Sequence record: SRR22947725_501
Direction: 5' to 3' (one strand)
DNA: 46,787 nucleotides
The notes under the pieces were generated by a model. The model saw only the letters and a program-made list of their open reading frames with translations. It was not told the DNA's origin and searched no databases. Below, one piece after another: positions 7,697 through 20,200 of the stretch. How positions within the stretch are numbered: the stretch's first letter is position 1; every line of letters starts with the position of its first letter. A program made the position numbers and the translations under genes.

Positions 7697-10555
7697 TTAT
7701 AAGTCACTGATAATATTTATTTCTTCACTGACGTGAACAGTCGAAATGGCGACTAATTCAGGCGGCAATTGAGAAATTACATCGACTTCGTAGTTAGCTT
7801 TTATTTCTATATCTAAGCCACCATCGCGATTTGTTGCCCAATCCACACTGATATAACCATGGGGAGTAGGAATTTTAGACTTGACCCATTCTACTGAACC
7901 TTGTAGCGGGTTAAAGTAAACTTGCTTGTAGCCTGGTGCAGCTGGTCTGATGCCGACGATATCTGTATAGACATATATGTTTGGAGAGACACCATAGCCA
8001 TGGCATAGGCTTGAATTGAGAGTTGGCGAAGTGTTGAGGGTAGGATTGAAGAATTCCCACCATGTTGACGCGCCTGCCTTGAGCATGTCACCCCAGTACC
8101 AACGAATGAAATCAATGGCCCATTCTCTTTTGTTAAGTCCAAATGCAGTTTCAAGAACAAAGTAATTAAAGAATGGGTTTAATAGATTACTGGTCGGTAA
8201 TTTATAATAAGGTGATTCAGGTAAGAATATACTTTCAAATATATTTTCATAATCTTTGGCAGTTGCGAGTGAGCCATACATGGCAAGTACATTTGTGTGT
8301 AGCGTATATGATGATGAACGTTGGCCGTTAGAGTAGCAATCAGCAAAGAGCCCTTTCTCTTCATCCCAGCAAAGGTCACGAATGGTTTTAGCTACGTGTT
8401 TGGCACGATTTCGTACTGTGGACGCAGATTCAGGGATTTCAGCATAATCAAAGATCCATGCTGCACAGTGCAGAGCACGACAGTAGAGTGCGTTTAGGCC
8501 GGTTACGATTCCCTGTCTATCGATATCTTCATGATCTAAGAAGCAGAGTTCACCTAGGTCGCCACCAAGAACATCAAAGTCTGGTAAGGCTAGACTGTTG
8601 TAGTAGTCCATGAGGTGTCCCAGTGTTGGGAGACAAATCTCGAGGAGTTCTCGATCATCTGTATAGAGTAGGTGTTTTTGTAGCCATTTTACCCAATGGA
8701 GAGGATAGTCTGGAATGTTGAAGTAAATGTCACTGGGGCAGACTCCGGGCATCTCGCCAGTTTCAAATTGGTGTAGGCAGAACTCAATAAGAGCTTTTCT
8801 TGAGAGTTTGTCAGTGCCAATTGATTGGAGGCTTGCCATCGCTTGTATGGCGGCATCGGCTATGTATTGACAGGCATCGCCAGAAGGACTGTTTACAAAG
8901 TTATATTGGCTGCAACTTTCTAGAGTCTGCATGCCTACTTGGTAGATGCTATTGATGGTTTCATCGTTGCAGGAAAATTTACCTTTCAATTCATCTTGTA
9001 TGCCAATAACTCTGGCACCTGTATTTTTGATAAAGCAACTATCTTTAACGTCTCGAGCATGAATGGCTAAGTAGCGGAATGAGCGTGTGTCTTGTGTAGA
9101 CCATTCTAATTCATCGTTAGAGAGTATAACGCAATCTGATAGGCGACCATGATTGCTGTGAAAGGGAATTAGCTTTCCGTTAAGGCTTATCTCGCCATAA
9201 ATAATGTCGATTATATCACCGCTATGGCCGGACAATGTTAAGATGGGAGTGCCTGTTATGCACTTGCCGATGTCGAGAATGACATAGTCATTGGAGTTTA
9301 ATTCTAAGAAACCTAACGGTTCTTCTGTTGTAGAGCTGGCATTGAAGTCTAAGGACATCAGGTAAGCGGCGTTGTCACAAGGATGAAGATTGTGATAGGC
9401 CGTTTGCTCCATTTGGTCAAAATTGAGCATTCCAGAGATGTGTGAAAAAGGGATTTTTAATGGGCCTGCTAATTTCCAGCCGAGAGTAGGTTCTTCTGCA
9501 GGTTCGAGGACCATGTGTACATCACTAGCAGCGAGTTGATTGAAATTAATAGTTATTCCAGCTGAGTTATGATCGCCATAATAAATGATGATAATACTAT
9601 TCCAGCCTTCAGTTATATCTGCATGGCAATGAGGGTTAGTCTCGTTGCCTTCAAGGCAGGTCATTGGGGCATGCCAGTTGGGGTCAGCACCATTAAGTGA
9701 TCGTTGGCCGCCTTGAGAGTTTGAGAGTTTGCCATTTATGAAAAGTTTATAGGAGTCGTCACAATGAACGAATAACTCATCCTGTAACTCTGATTCACTA
9801 TAAAAATAGCTATGCGCTACATAAGTTCCTGGTAGGGTGATGATCTGATTGAATTCAACACTAATGCTGGCATTCTTTGGATGAGTTGCGCCACGGGCAG
9901 AAATATTTTTGAAAGGTATTTGTGTGCTGGTAAATTCCGGGAGTTGAAGTGGGATGAGTTCTTCTGCGGTTATGGGTGCAACAATAAAGGCTTCAGTCCA
10001 TTCATGAGGGTTGTGAATGTTGAGGTCATCTTTAGACCTCTGATCTCTGAGTTTATTCCAACTAGTGTTATATTTTCTTAAATCTTGAGTTTCTGTGAAG
10101 CCGTGGGCAGGGGATATGCGAAATTGATTGGGGAGAAGATGGGCTGCACTTGAGGCAGTCCAGGAGTCGTCAGTGGCGAATTGAGTTGAATCATCGATGT
10201 TTATTTGAGCCCATAGACCGTCGGGTTGGCGAGTGTTGCCAAAACGAGATATCTTAGGGTTGCTTGCTTGGATACTAATGACATTTTTGCCAGTTTGTAA
10301 TAAAAATGTGATATTGAAGTACTGCGCATAAGAATGTGAATCAATTGAGGGGCTAGGACCAAAAGAAAGGTGTTGCTCATTTATATAGATATTGAAGTGG
10401 GAGTGGCAACTAACCCACATTTCAGCGACGCCCGGAGTTTCATTTAAAGTAAATTCACGTCTAAAAAAGACATGAGATTCATGGAAGGCTTGTGGCGTAG
10501 GGTCGGACCAGATCCAGTTTCCGAATAGGCCATCAGGCAGGGTGACTTCAGACAT
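7697..10555 (-). CDS. GH78 alpha-L-rhamnosidase-like protein (degenerate motif, no signal peptide)
   Basis: N-terminal WIW...FRREF beta-domain, RSFRY, GKFSCNDETIN, (alpha/alpha)6-like region with GASTWWE, SLCHG, GIRPAAPGY, PTPHGYISVDW. Confidence 0.72.
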   Translation of the reverse strand: MSEVTLPDGLFGNWIWSDPTPQAFHESHVFFRREFTLNETPGVAEMWVSCHSHFNIYINEQHLSFGPSPSIDSHSYAQYFNITFLLQTGKNVISIQASNPKISRFGNTRQPDGLWAQINIDDSTQFATDDSWTASSAAHLLPNQFRISPAHGFTETQDLRKYNTSWNKLRDQRSKDDLNIHNPHEWTEAFIVAPITAEELIPLQLPEFTSTQIPFKNISARGATHPKNASISVEFNQIITLPGTYVAHSYFYSESELQDELFVHCDDSYKLFINGKLSNSQGGQRSLNGADPNWHAPMTCLEGNETNPHCHADITEGWNSIIIIYYGDHNSAGITINFNQLAASDVHMVLEPAEEPTLGWKLAGPLKIPFSHISGMLNFDQMEQTAYHNLHPCDNAAYLMSLDFNASSTTEEPLGFLELNSNDYVILDIGKCITGTPILTLSGHSGDIIDIIYGEISLNGKLIPFHSNHGRLSDCVILSNDELEWSTQDTRSFRYLAIHARDVKDSCFIKNTGARVIGIQDELKGKFSCNDETINSIYQVGMQTLESCSQYNFVNSPSGDACQYIADAAIQAMASLQSIGTDKLSRKALIEFCLHQFETGEMPGVCPSDIYFNIPDYPLHWVKWLQKHLLYTDDRELLEICLPTLGHLMDYYNSLALPDFDVLGGDLGELCFLDHEDIDRQGIVTGLNALYCRALHCAAWIFDYAEIPESASTVRNRAKHVAKTIRDLCWDEEKGLFADCYSNGQRSSSYTLHTNVLAMYGSLATAKDYENIFESIFLPESPYYKLPTSNLLNPFFNYFVLETAFGLNKREWAIDFIRWYWGDMLKAGASTWWEFFNPTLNTSPTLNSSLCHGYGVSPNIYVYTDIVGIRPAAPGYKQVYFNPLQGSVEWVKSKIPTPHGYISVDWATNRDGGLDIEIKANYEVDVISQLPPELVAISTVHVSEEINIISDL

Positions 10556-10829
10556 GCAGAGACTCCATTTTCAAATTTGATATATAAGGTAACAGATGAC
10601 CTGCGAATATCAAATTATCAAAAATGTTGTTTATGTTAAAAATAATAAAAAGAGAAATACTTTAATTCACTATTTGTAAAATAAAGAACTAGTGATAAAT
10701 ATATCGGCCTTTTTTATGGTCCTGCATAATTTGTTGTTAAGGGCTCATAATAAAGTGATTAATGAAACTAGAACAAATAACCAAGTGCTGTTCAGTGAGT
10801 CGCTGATTAGCATCTAAGAATGGAAATAT

Positions 10830-12533
10830 ATGGAATTCGTAAACCTCGAAAATATGCCAAGCATGGACGATTTGCTTGGGGAAGTCGATTCAAGTACTAA
10901 GAACTATATCGAAGGTAAGCTCATTAGTGGTATTGTCGTTGAGAAGAAAGATAACGGCGCCCTAATCGATATCGGCTATAAAGCGGAAGGCTTTGTTGGT
11001 AAAGATGAGTTTAAAGATTGGGATGGTCTCAAAGTTAAAGATGAAGTAGATGTCTTGCTTGAGAGTATTGAAGACGAAAATAACATGCCTGAAATCAGTG
11101 TTCAAAAAGCTGAACTTCAGAAAGCCTGGGATGTTCTTCTTGTTGAAAGAAATGAAGGCGACATTGTTAAAGGTCTTGTAAAGTACAGAGTTAAAGGTGG
11201 TTTAATTATCGATATTGGTGTCGATGGTTTCCTTCCTGGTTCTCATGTTGATATCGGCCCTGTTAGAAATCTTGATGATTTCTTAAATAAAGAGTACGAA
11301 TTCAAAATTTTAAAAATCAATATTGATAGAAAGAATATTATCCTTTCTCGTCGTGAACTTCTTGAAGAAGCTCGTGAAGAGCAGAAAGAAGCTCTTCTAA
11401 AAGTTATTAACATTGGTGATGTACGTAAGGGTCTTGTAAAGAATATTACAGACTTCGGTGCATTTATTGACCTTAATGGTATGGATGGACTACTTCATAT
11501 CACAGATATGAGCTGGGGTAGAATTTCTCACCCATCTGAAATGCTTGCTATCGGTGATGAAACTGAAGTGATGATTCTTGATATCGATACAGAGAAGCGT
11601 CGTGTATCTCTAGGTCTTAAGCAGAAGAGTAAAGATCCTTGGGATAAGATTCAAGAGAGATTCCCTGTTAGCAGCAATATCAAAGGTAAAGTTGTTAATA
11701 TTATGCCTTATGGTGCTTTCGTTGAGATTGAAGAAGGAATTGAAGGTTTAATTCACGTTTCTGAAATGTCTTGGACTAAGCGTATTACTCGCGCTAGTGA
11801 TGTTCTTATGGTTGGTGAAGAAGTTGAGGCTATTATTCTCGACATTCAGCCAGATGCTAAGAAGATTTCACTTGGTCTTCGTCAGACTACAGAAAATCCT
11901 TGGGAAGTTATCGCTCAGAAATACCCAGTTAACTCTACTGTTAAGGGTCGTGTTCGAAACCTTACTTCTTATGGCGCATTTGTTGAGATTCAGGATGATA
12001 TCGATGGTATGATTCACGTTTCCGACATGTCTTGGACTCGCAAGATTAATAATCCTGCAGAAGTTCTTAAGAAAGGTGACGAAGTTGAAGCTGTAGTTCT
12101 AGAGATTAATCCAGACCAGCAGAGAATTTCACTAGGTATCAAGCAATTGAGCGAAGATCCTTGGGGTCGCATTGGTGAGCTTTTCAAAATCAATGACCTA
12201 GTCAAAGGTAAAGTTACTAAGATTACATCTTATGGTGCTTTCGTAGAGCTTATGAATGGAATTGACGGTTTGGTTCACATTACTCAATTGAGTGATAAGA
12301 AAGTAAATCGTGTTAAGGATGTTCTTAATCTTGGTGACGAGATTGAAGCAAATGTTATCAAGATTGATGATGATGAAAGACGCATTGCTTTAAGTATGCG
12401 CTCAAAACAGGCTGCTAACTTCTCTGCCGCTCCAGCTGCAACTGGCGATTTCGGTGGTATAAGTGACATTTTTGATTCAGCACTAGAAGGACTTGATGTT
12501 CCTGACGGCGTTGATGGAAAAAGTGATTCCTGA
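10830..12533 (+). CDS. rpsA: 30S ribosomal protein S1
   Basis: Six S1 repeats (e.g. [48 protein letters not shown]). Confidence 0.97.
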   Translation: [567 protein letters not shown]

Positions 12534-12562
12534 GAAAAGCATAAAACTTAAAAAAACATGCA

Positions 12563-12590
12563 TTGACAAGAGTGGCAAGAAGCTTATATT
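12563..12590 (+). promoter_or_regulatory. promoter of the tRNA-Thr-tuf operon
   Basis: TTGACA-N16-TATATT, 15 nt upstream of the tRNA. Confidence 0.65.
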
Positions 12591-12605
12591 CTTGCCCTTA
12601 ATCAA

Positions 12606-12680
<75 letters not shown>

Positions 12681-12712
12681 ATTAATAAACGTGGACATAA
12701 AGGAAATTAAAT

Positions 12713-13909
<1,197 letters not shown>

Positions 13910-13945
13910 ACATATCTAAAGCCTCTGTAAAAGAAGGAAAATGCT

Positions 13946-14107
13946 ATGGCAAAAGGCGCTAGAGAAACCATAACTCTTCAGTGTACAGAAACTGGAGAGA
14001 GGACTTATAGCAGTAGCAAAAATAAGACCAATACTCCTGGTCGTATTGAGCTAAAGAAATATAATCCTAAGGTTCGCAAGCATACCCTCTACAGAGAAAC
14101 TAGGTAG
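13946..14107 (+). CDS. rpmG: 50S ribosomal protein L33 (53 aa; not in ORF track)
   Basis: Hand translation [60 protein letters not shown]; canonical tuf-rpmG-secE position. Confidence 0.95.
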   Translation: MAKGARETITLQCTETGERTYSSSKNKTNTPGRIELKKYNPKVRKHTLYRETR

Positions 14108-14118
14108 AAAATTAAGGT

Positions 14119-14194
14119 AGGTGAGTAGCTCAGTTGGTAGAGCTTCGGTCTCCAAAACCGACGGTCGCAGGTTCGAGCCCTGTCTCACCTGCCA
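14119..14194 (+). tRNA. tRNA-Trp(CCA)
   Basis: Acceptor AGGTGAG/CTCACCT, anticodon arm TCGGT-CT-CCA-AA-ACCGA, GTTCGAG T-loop, CCA end. Confidence 0.96.
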
Positions 14195-14222
14195 TTTTTG
14201 AAAAAAATAACTGGATTCAGTA

Positions 14223-14414
14223 ATGACCAATCCAATCAGAAGATTTAGTAAATACACAGTCGATACGGTTGAAGAGTTGAAGAAGTGTTCTTGGCCTCAA
14301 AAGCGAGAACTTGTGGAATCCACGATTGTTGTTACTGTAGCCTGTCTATTCCTAGCTCTATTTGTAGCAGCGGTTGATTTGGCCTTTGGTGAAGTAATAC
14401 AATGGTTGATTTAA
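14223..14414 (+). CDS. secE: preprotein translocase subunit SecE
   Basis: ELKKCSWP motif plus one C-terminal TM helix; directly upstream of nusG. Confidence 0.92.
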   Translation: MTNPIRRFSKYTVDTVEELKKCSWPQKRELVESTIVVTVACLFLALFVAAVDLAFGEVIQWLI

Positions 14415-14456
14415 TCAGCTGTTTCTTAGAGGATAAAGAATAAGGATCAGATGTAA

Positions 14457-15008
14457 ATGGAAGGTAAATGGTATACCGTTCAGACTCTTTCTGGAAAAGA
14501 GATGAAAGCCAAAGACTCAATGGAAAAAAGACTTTCATTAGAGGGAATGGATAATTATATCTTTGAAATTCTTGTTCCTCTGGAAAGAGTTACAGAAATT
14601 AAAAGAGGGAAGAAGACGACGACAAATCGTAAGTTCTTCCCTGGATATATTTTCGTTAATGTTGATTTAGTTGACGAATGCCAGAAGGTCCGCGAGGATG
14701 TTTGGTACTTCATTAAAGATACTAACGGAATCATCAATTTTATTGGTGGTGATAGCCCGGTGGCACTGACAGCTCAGGAGATAGAGGATATTAGAAATGC
14801 TCTTAAGTCTGACGAAAAAGCTGTTAAGCCTAAGGTCGATTTTACTGCTGGTGAAATTGTTAAAATTAAAGATGGTGCATTCGAGAATTTCGAAGGTGCT
14901 ATCCTTAATGTCGATCCAGATAGAGGTAAACTTCAAATTGAAGTTAACATATTTGGCCGTTCTACTCCAGTCGAAGTTGAGTACTGGCAAGTTGAACGGA
15001 TTAACTAG
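14457..15008 (+). CDS. nusG: transcription termination/antitermination factor NusG
   Basis: [24 protein letters not shown] domain, [12 protein letters not shown]. Confidence 0.97.
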   Translation: MEGKWYTVQTLSGKEMKAKDSMEKRLSLEGMDNYIFEILVPLERVTEIKRGKKTTTNRKFFPGYIFVNVDLVDECQKVREDVWYFIKDTNGIINFIGGDSPVALTAQEIEDIRNALKSDEKAVKPKVDFTAGEIVKIKDGAFENFEGAILNVDPDRGKLQIEVNIFGRSTPVEVEYWQVERIN

Positions 15009-15040
15009 AACCTTTAAGTAATCTGTTACAGGGAAGGATT

Positions 15041-15472
15041 ATGGCTAAAAAGGTTAAAGGCGAAATAAGATTGCAGATCCCGGCTGGACAAGCAAACCCA
15101 GCACCGCCGGTAGGTCCTGCGCTTGGTGCGCAGGGTGTGAATATAATGGACTTTTGTAAGGCATTTAATGCCGAGACACAAGCACAATCTGGTACTATCA
15201 TTCCAGTAGTGATTACTGTCTTCCAAGATCGTTCTTTTACATTCATTACTAAATCTCCTCCTGCTCCTATCTTGATTAAGAAGGCTGCAGGGTTAGCGTC
15301 TGGTTCACAGACGCCAGGAACCGGATTTGTTGGCAAAGTCACCGTGACGCAATTGAAAGAAATCGCTGAGATCAAAAAGAAAGACTTAAAAGTCAATAGT
15401 GAAGATGCTGCTGTACGCCTATTATCAGGTACTGCTCGCAGCATGGGAATCGAGGTGATCGATGAAGCGTAG
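15041..15472 (+). CDS. rplK: 50S ribosomal protein L11
   Basis: [19 protein letters not shown]...GTARSMG. Confidence 0.98.
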   Translation: MAKKVKGEIRLQIPAGQANPAPPVGPALGAQGVNIMDFCKAFNAETQAQSGTIIPVVITVFQDRSFTFITKSPPAPILIKKAAGLASGSQTPGTGFVGKVTVTQLKEIAEIKKKDLKVNSEDAAVRLLSGTARSMGIEVIDEA

Positions 15473-16157
15473 TAAACTCTACAAAGCTAGATTGTCATCG
15501 TATGATCGCAACAACTTGTACTCTCTGGAAGAAGCTCTTAAGCTTATCCAGGCGATGCCGAAACCAAAGTTTAATGAGACTGTTGATGTCGCATTTAAGC
15601 TTGGTGTCGATACGCGTCAGTCTGACCAGAACGTACGTGGTGCGGTAACGTTGCCAAATGGCACCGGTAAAAACGTCAAAGTTGTTGTTGTCGCTGAAGG
15701 CGATGCAGCAACCGCCGCTGAAAAGGCTGGCGCTGATGAAGTCGGTTCTTCTGAATTAATCGAAAAGATTAAAGGCGGATGGATTGATTTTGATGTGCTT
15801 GTAGCTACTCCAGCAGCTATGAAAGATGTTAGAACTTTAGGTCGAGTACTTGGTCCTAGGGGGTTAATGCCTAACCCTAAGACGGGAACTGTTACTGATG
15901 ATACTGCTAAGGCAGTAAAAGAGTCAAAAGCAGGTCGCGTTGAATTTAGAGCGGATAAAGGTGGTGCAGCTCACATGCCACTTGGTAAAGTTTCATTTGG
16001 AACTACCGAGTTGCTTGAGAATGCTGAAACTGCTATCAATGCCATTCTAAAAGCTAGACCAGCCTCAACTAAAGGTAACTATCTTCTTAGTTGTACTGTA
16101 AGTGCTACTATGAGCCCCGGCGTGAAAGTTGACCTCAAAGATATGCTGAAGGTGTAA
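15462..16157 (+). CDS. rplA: 50S ribosomal protein L1
   Basis: [35 protein letters not shown]; overlaps the rplK end. Confidence 0.98.
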   Translation: MKRSKLYKARLSSYDRNNLYSLEEALKLIQAMPKPKFNETVDVAFKLGVDTRQSDQNVRGAVTLPNGTGKNVKVVVVAEGDAATAAEKAGADEVGSSELIEKIKGGWIDFDVLVATPAAMKDVRTLGRVLGPRGLMPNPKTGTVTDDTAKAVKESKAGRVEFRADKGGAAHMPLGKVSFGTTELLENAETAINAILKARPASTKGNYLLSCTVSATMSPGVKVDLKDMLKV

Positions 16158-16159
16158 TC

Positions 16160-16681
16160 ATGAGACCGGAAAAACCAATTATAGTTGAACATATCCAGAG
16201 TATTCTGGATGAGTCTGGAAACTTTCTACTTGTTTCTTATACAGGGTTGTCTGTACAGAAGCAGGAAGAACTTAAAGGATTGCTTAGAGAGCAAAATGCT
16301 CAGTTTCAAGTCCACAAAAACAAGCTCATTAAAAAAGCTGCAGAAGGCAAAAGCTATGCTGCAGTTTCAGAGATGAAACTTGAAGGTGGAACAGCCCTCG
16401 TTTATGGCGAAGGTGAAACATCTGAGTGGGCTAAAGTTGTTAAGAAATTTGCTAAAGATAATGAAGAAGTTGCTTTTAAAGGTGCTTTTTTCGATGGCGA
16501 ATTACTCGATGCAGCCAAAGCCAAGCAAGTTGCAGAGCTTCCATCTAAAGATGAAGCACGTGCTCTTGTTCTAAGTGCCCTTATGGCCGGACCACAGAAG
16601 CTAGCCGGAATATTAAACCAAGTTGTTGCCGGTGTTCCTTCTGTTATTAAAAATTATTGCGATAAACAAAACGAATCTTAA
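16160..16681 (+). CDS. rplJ: 50S ribosomal protein L10
   Basis: YTGLSV, VHKNKL, LPSKDE; between rplA and rplL. Confidence 0.93.
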   Translation: MRPEKPIIVEHIQSILDESGNFLLVSYTGLSVQKQEELKGLLREQNAQFQVHKNKLIKKAAEGKSYAAVSEMKLEGGTALVYGEGETSEWAKVVKKFAKDNEEVAFKGAFFDGELLDAAKAKQVAELPSKDEARALVLSALMAGPQKLAGILNQVVAGVPSVIKNYCDKQNES

Positions 16682-16699
16682 TAAATCGGAGATTTAGAA

Positions 16700-17098
16700 A
16701 TGTCTGAGACTACTGTTGAAGTGTCAAAAGAAATTGAAGAGCTTATTGAAAAGCTCGAAGGTATGTCTGTACTAGACTGTGTTAACCTAGTTAAAGCACT
16801 TGAAGATAAGTGGGGCGTTACTGCTGCTGCTCCTGCAGTTGCTGTTGCTGCAGGTCCTGCTGCTGGCGGCGAAGCTGTTGAAGAGCAAACTGAGTTTGAC
16901 GTCATTCTTACTGACATGGGCGCTAACAAAATTGCTGCAATCAAAGCTGTACGTTCAGTTACAGGTCTTGGTCTTAAAGATGCCAAAGATCTTGTTGAAG
17001 GTGCTCCAAAGCCACTTAAAGAGGCTGTCAGCAAAGATGAAGCTGAAAAGATTAAAGCTGAAGTTGAAGAAGCAGGAGCTAAAGTCGAAGTTAAATAA
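16700..17098 (+). CDS. rplL: 50S ribosomal protein L7/L12
   Basis: [35 protein letters not shown]. Confidence 0.98.
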   Translation: MSETTVEVSKEIEELIEKLEGMSVLDCVNLVKALEDKWGVTAAAPAVAVAAGPAAGGEAVEEQTEFDVILTDMGANKIAAIKAVRSVTGLGLKDAKDLVEGAPKPLKEAVSKDEAEKIKAEVEEAGAKVEVK

Positions 17099-17134
17099 GA
17101 CAACGACTATAGCAGCTTATTCATATAGCTAAAG

Positions 17135-17176
17135 TAGGGGTCAGACTTGTGTCTGTCCCCTATACTATTTTATTTT
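17135..17176 (+). terminator. terminator/attenuator-like hairpin between rplL and rpoB
   Basis: TAGGGGTCAGAC-TTGT-GTCTGTCCCCTA (one mismatch) followed by T-rich TACTATTTTATTTT; same position as the E. coli rpoB attenuator. Confidence 0.55.
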
Positions 17177-17206
17177 ACTAATACCATCATTGAGGTTTGT
17201 TTGAGT

Positions 17207-20200
17207 ATGTCAAAGCGAGTTAACTACGGAAGGTTGCCCGATGTTATTGATATCCCTGATCTAATCTCTGTTCAGTTGGATTCTTTTTTTGAATTTCTTC
17301 AGTCAGGGGTAAAAGAGGAGGAACGTACAGATAGTGGATTGCAAGAAGCTTTCGCTGAAGTTTTTCCAATAGAAAGTTTTGACAAAAATTGTATGCTTAA
17401 TTTTGTGTCCTACGAGTTAGGAATACCTAAAAAGTCTATGATTGATTGTCTTAAAGATGGTGAAACCTATGCAGTGCCGCTTCATGTTACTTTCCGTTTG
17501 GAAAATAAAGCAGCCACTGATGCTAAGGGTGAAATCATAGAAGATCGCGTCTACATGGGTGATATCCCTATGATGACAGATCGTGCAACTTTTGTAATAA
17601 ATGGCGCAGAACGCGTTATCATCAGTCAGCTACACAGAACTCCTGGTATCTGTTTCGAATCCAGTAAGAGTACACAAGGTCGTACACTTTACTCCTATAG
17701 AATTATTCCTGATCGCGGTTCATGGATGGAAGTCCAGTATGACAATAGCGATCTAATGTATATTTACCTTGATAGACGCCGTCGTCGCCGCAAATTTTTA
17801 GTATCGACTTTTTTACGTGCTCTGGCTTACGAAACAAACCGTGAATTACTAGATGTTGTCTATGGAATCGACAAAGATTCAATTGCTGCACTGAATAAAA
17901 AAGAAAATTTAAGTGACCTTTATGCTATTGAGGATGTACTCAACGCAGAAGGTGACATTGTGGCTAAGGCTCTAGAGCCACTAAGCCCAGTTATTTTAGA
18001 TGCCCTTAAAGAAATGGGTATTAAAAAGCTAGAATATGTAGATACAGAAATTCTTGGTAATACATTTATTCTTGCACTTGAGCGCGATCCATCTACTGAT
18101 TCAGATGAAGCCCTTAAGACAATCTACAGTAAGATGCGTCCTGGAGATCCCCCAAGTACAGCTAACGCTAAGCAGTTACTTAAGCGTTTGTTCTTCGATC
18201 TCAAACACTATGACCTTGGTTATGTTGGACGTTATAAGATTAATCAGAAACTTAAGATCAGTGTTGATCCTTCTGAGAGAACTTTACAGCCGGAAGATGT
18301 TGTCGCCGCGACTAAGTATGTCATGAAGCTTAAGACTAAAAAAGGTCGTGTTGATGATATCGATCACTTAGGTAGCCGTCGTGTAAGAACTGTTGGTGAG
18401 CTTGTTCAAAATCAAATCCGCGTTGGTTTAGCTCGTACCGAACGTCTCATTCGTGAGCGTATGACTCTTTTCGATATGGAATCTGACACAATGACTCCAG
18501 CTAAATTGATCAACCCGAAAGCACTTCAGAGTGTTGTCCGCGATTTCTTTGGCCGTAGTCAATTATCACAGTTTATGGACCAAACAAATCCATTAGCAGA
18601 ATTGACTGCTAAGCGTCGTTTGTCTGCTTTAGGTCCAGGTGGTTTAAGTCGTGAGCGCGCTGGTTTCGAAGTACGTGACGTACACTCATCTCACTATGGT
18701 AGAATTTGTCCAATTGAGACTCCAGAGGGTCCAAATATTGGTTTGATTTCTTCTTTGGCAATTTTTGGTAAAGTTAACCCGTTTGGTTTTATTGAGACTC
18801 CTTACCGCAAAGTAATTGACGGTAAAGTTTCTGAAGAAATCGAATATGTTACAGCTGACGCAGAAGAAGATTTCGTAGTAGCTCAGGCAAATGCCGTTCT
18901 TAATGAAGACAAGGGCTTCGATGGTACTTTTGTCCTTTCTCGTAGTGAAGGCGACTCTGGTGACTTTGAGAGTGAGATTATTACTCACATGGACGTTTCA
19001 CCAAAACAATTGGTATCTCCGGCAACGAGTTGTATCCCTTTCCTTGAGCATGACGATGCGAATCGTGCCTTGATGGGATCAAACATGCAACGTCAGGCCG
19101 TGCCACTACTTTGTGCTGAGTCACCACTAGTTGGTACCGGTATGGAAGCAGTTGTTGCTAAAGATTCACGTGCCGTAGTTTGTGCTAGACAAGATGGTAT
19201 TGTCGCTAGCGCAACGAGTACTAAAATTATTATTACAGCAGATGGTACTCTTCCAGCTGATGAAGACGAGATCGAGTCAGATAGCATTTACGAACTTTAT
19301 AAGTTTATGCGTTCGAACTCCAGTACTTGTATGAATCAGAAGCCAATTGTTAAAGCTGGTGATGCCGTTAGTAAGGGTGATGTCCTTGCAGATGGCTTTG
19401 CTACTCAAGGTGGTGAGCTTGCTCTGGGTCGTAATGTACTTGTGGCATTTATGCCATGGTGTGGTTACAACTTTGAGGATGCCATTATTATCAGTGAAAG
19501 AATTGTTCACGATGATGTTTATACAAGTGTGCATATCGCTGAGTCAAGCATACAGGCTAGAGATACTAAACTTGGCCCAGAAGAAATTACTCGTGATACA
19601 CCAAATGTTGGTGAAGAGGCTCTTCGTAACTTAGGTCCAGAAGGTGTTATTCGTTTAGGCGCAGAAGTTGGCCCTGGCGATATTCTTGTAGGTAAGATTA
19701 CTCCTAAGAGTGAAACTGAATTAGCTCCGGAAGAAAGACTTCTTAGAGCAATTTTCGGTGATAAAGCTGCCGATGTTAAAGATTCTTCACTGTACACGCC
19801 ATCAGGTGTAAGCGGTGTCGTTATGGATATTCGCGTTGAGCGTAAGATTGATCCAACTAAGATCAAGGTTTCTCAAGCAGATATCAAGCGTCAGGTTAAA
19901 GAAGCTAATAGCAATTATAAAGTTCAGTATCAAGAATTCCTTGATGACCTAGCAGATAAGCTTGGTTCTATTCTTCTTGGTTCTAAATTGCCAGTTGATA
20001 TCGTTAGTGAAGAAGAAGGTACTTCTACAGTTATTATTCCAGCTAACAGAAAAATCACTAAGGTTCTTCTTAGAAAGCTTGCGAGTCATCACGATACTTA
20101 TTCACTTCCAGAAGGTCCTGCTAAAGATCAAATTGATGAAGTTATGAAGTCTTTCAATCTTCGTCTTAAGGATATTAAGCTACGTCATCAGGAAAGCATT

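Noticed and set aside
17147-17206. N-terminal extension of RpoB (similar extensions for FbaA, RplW, LacI)
   Set aside because: The upstream starts lie in a hairpin or in the previous gene, or lack an SD; the downstream ATGs have SD sequences and match family N-termini
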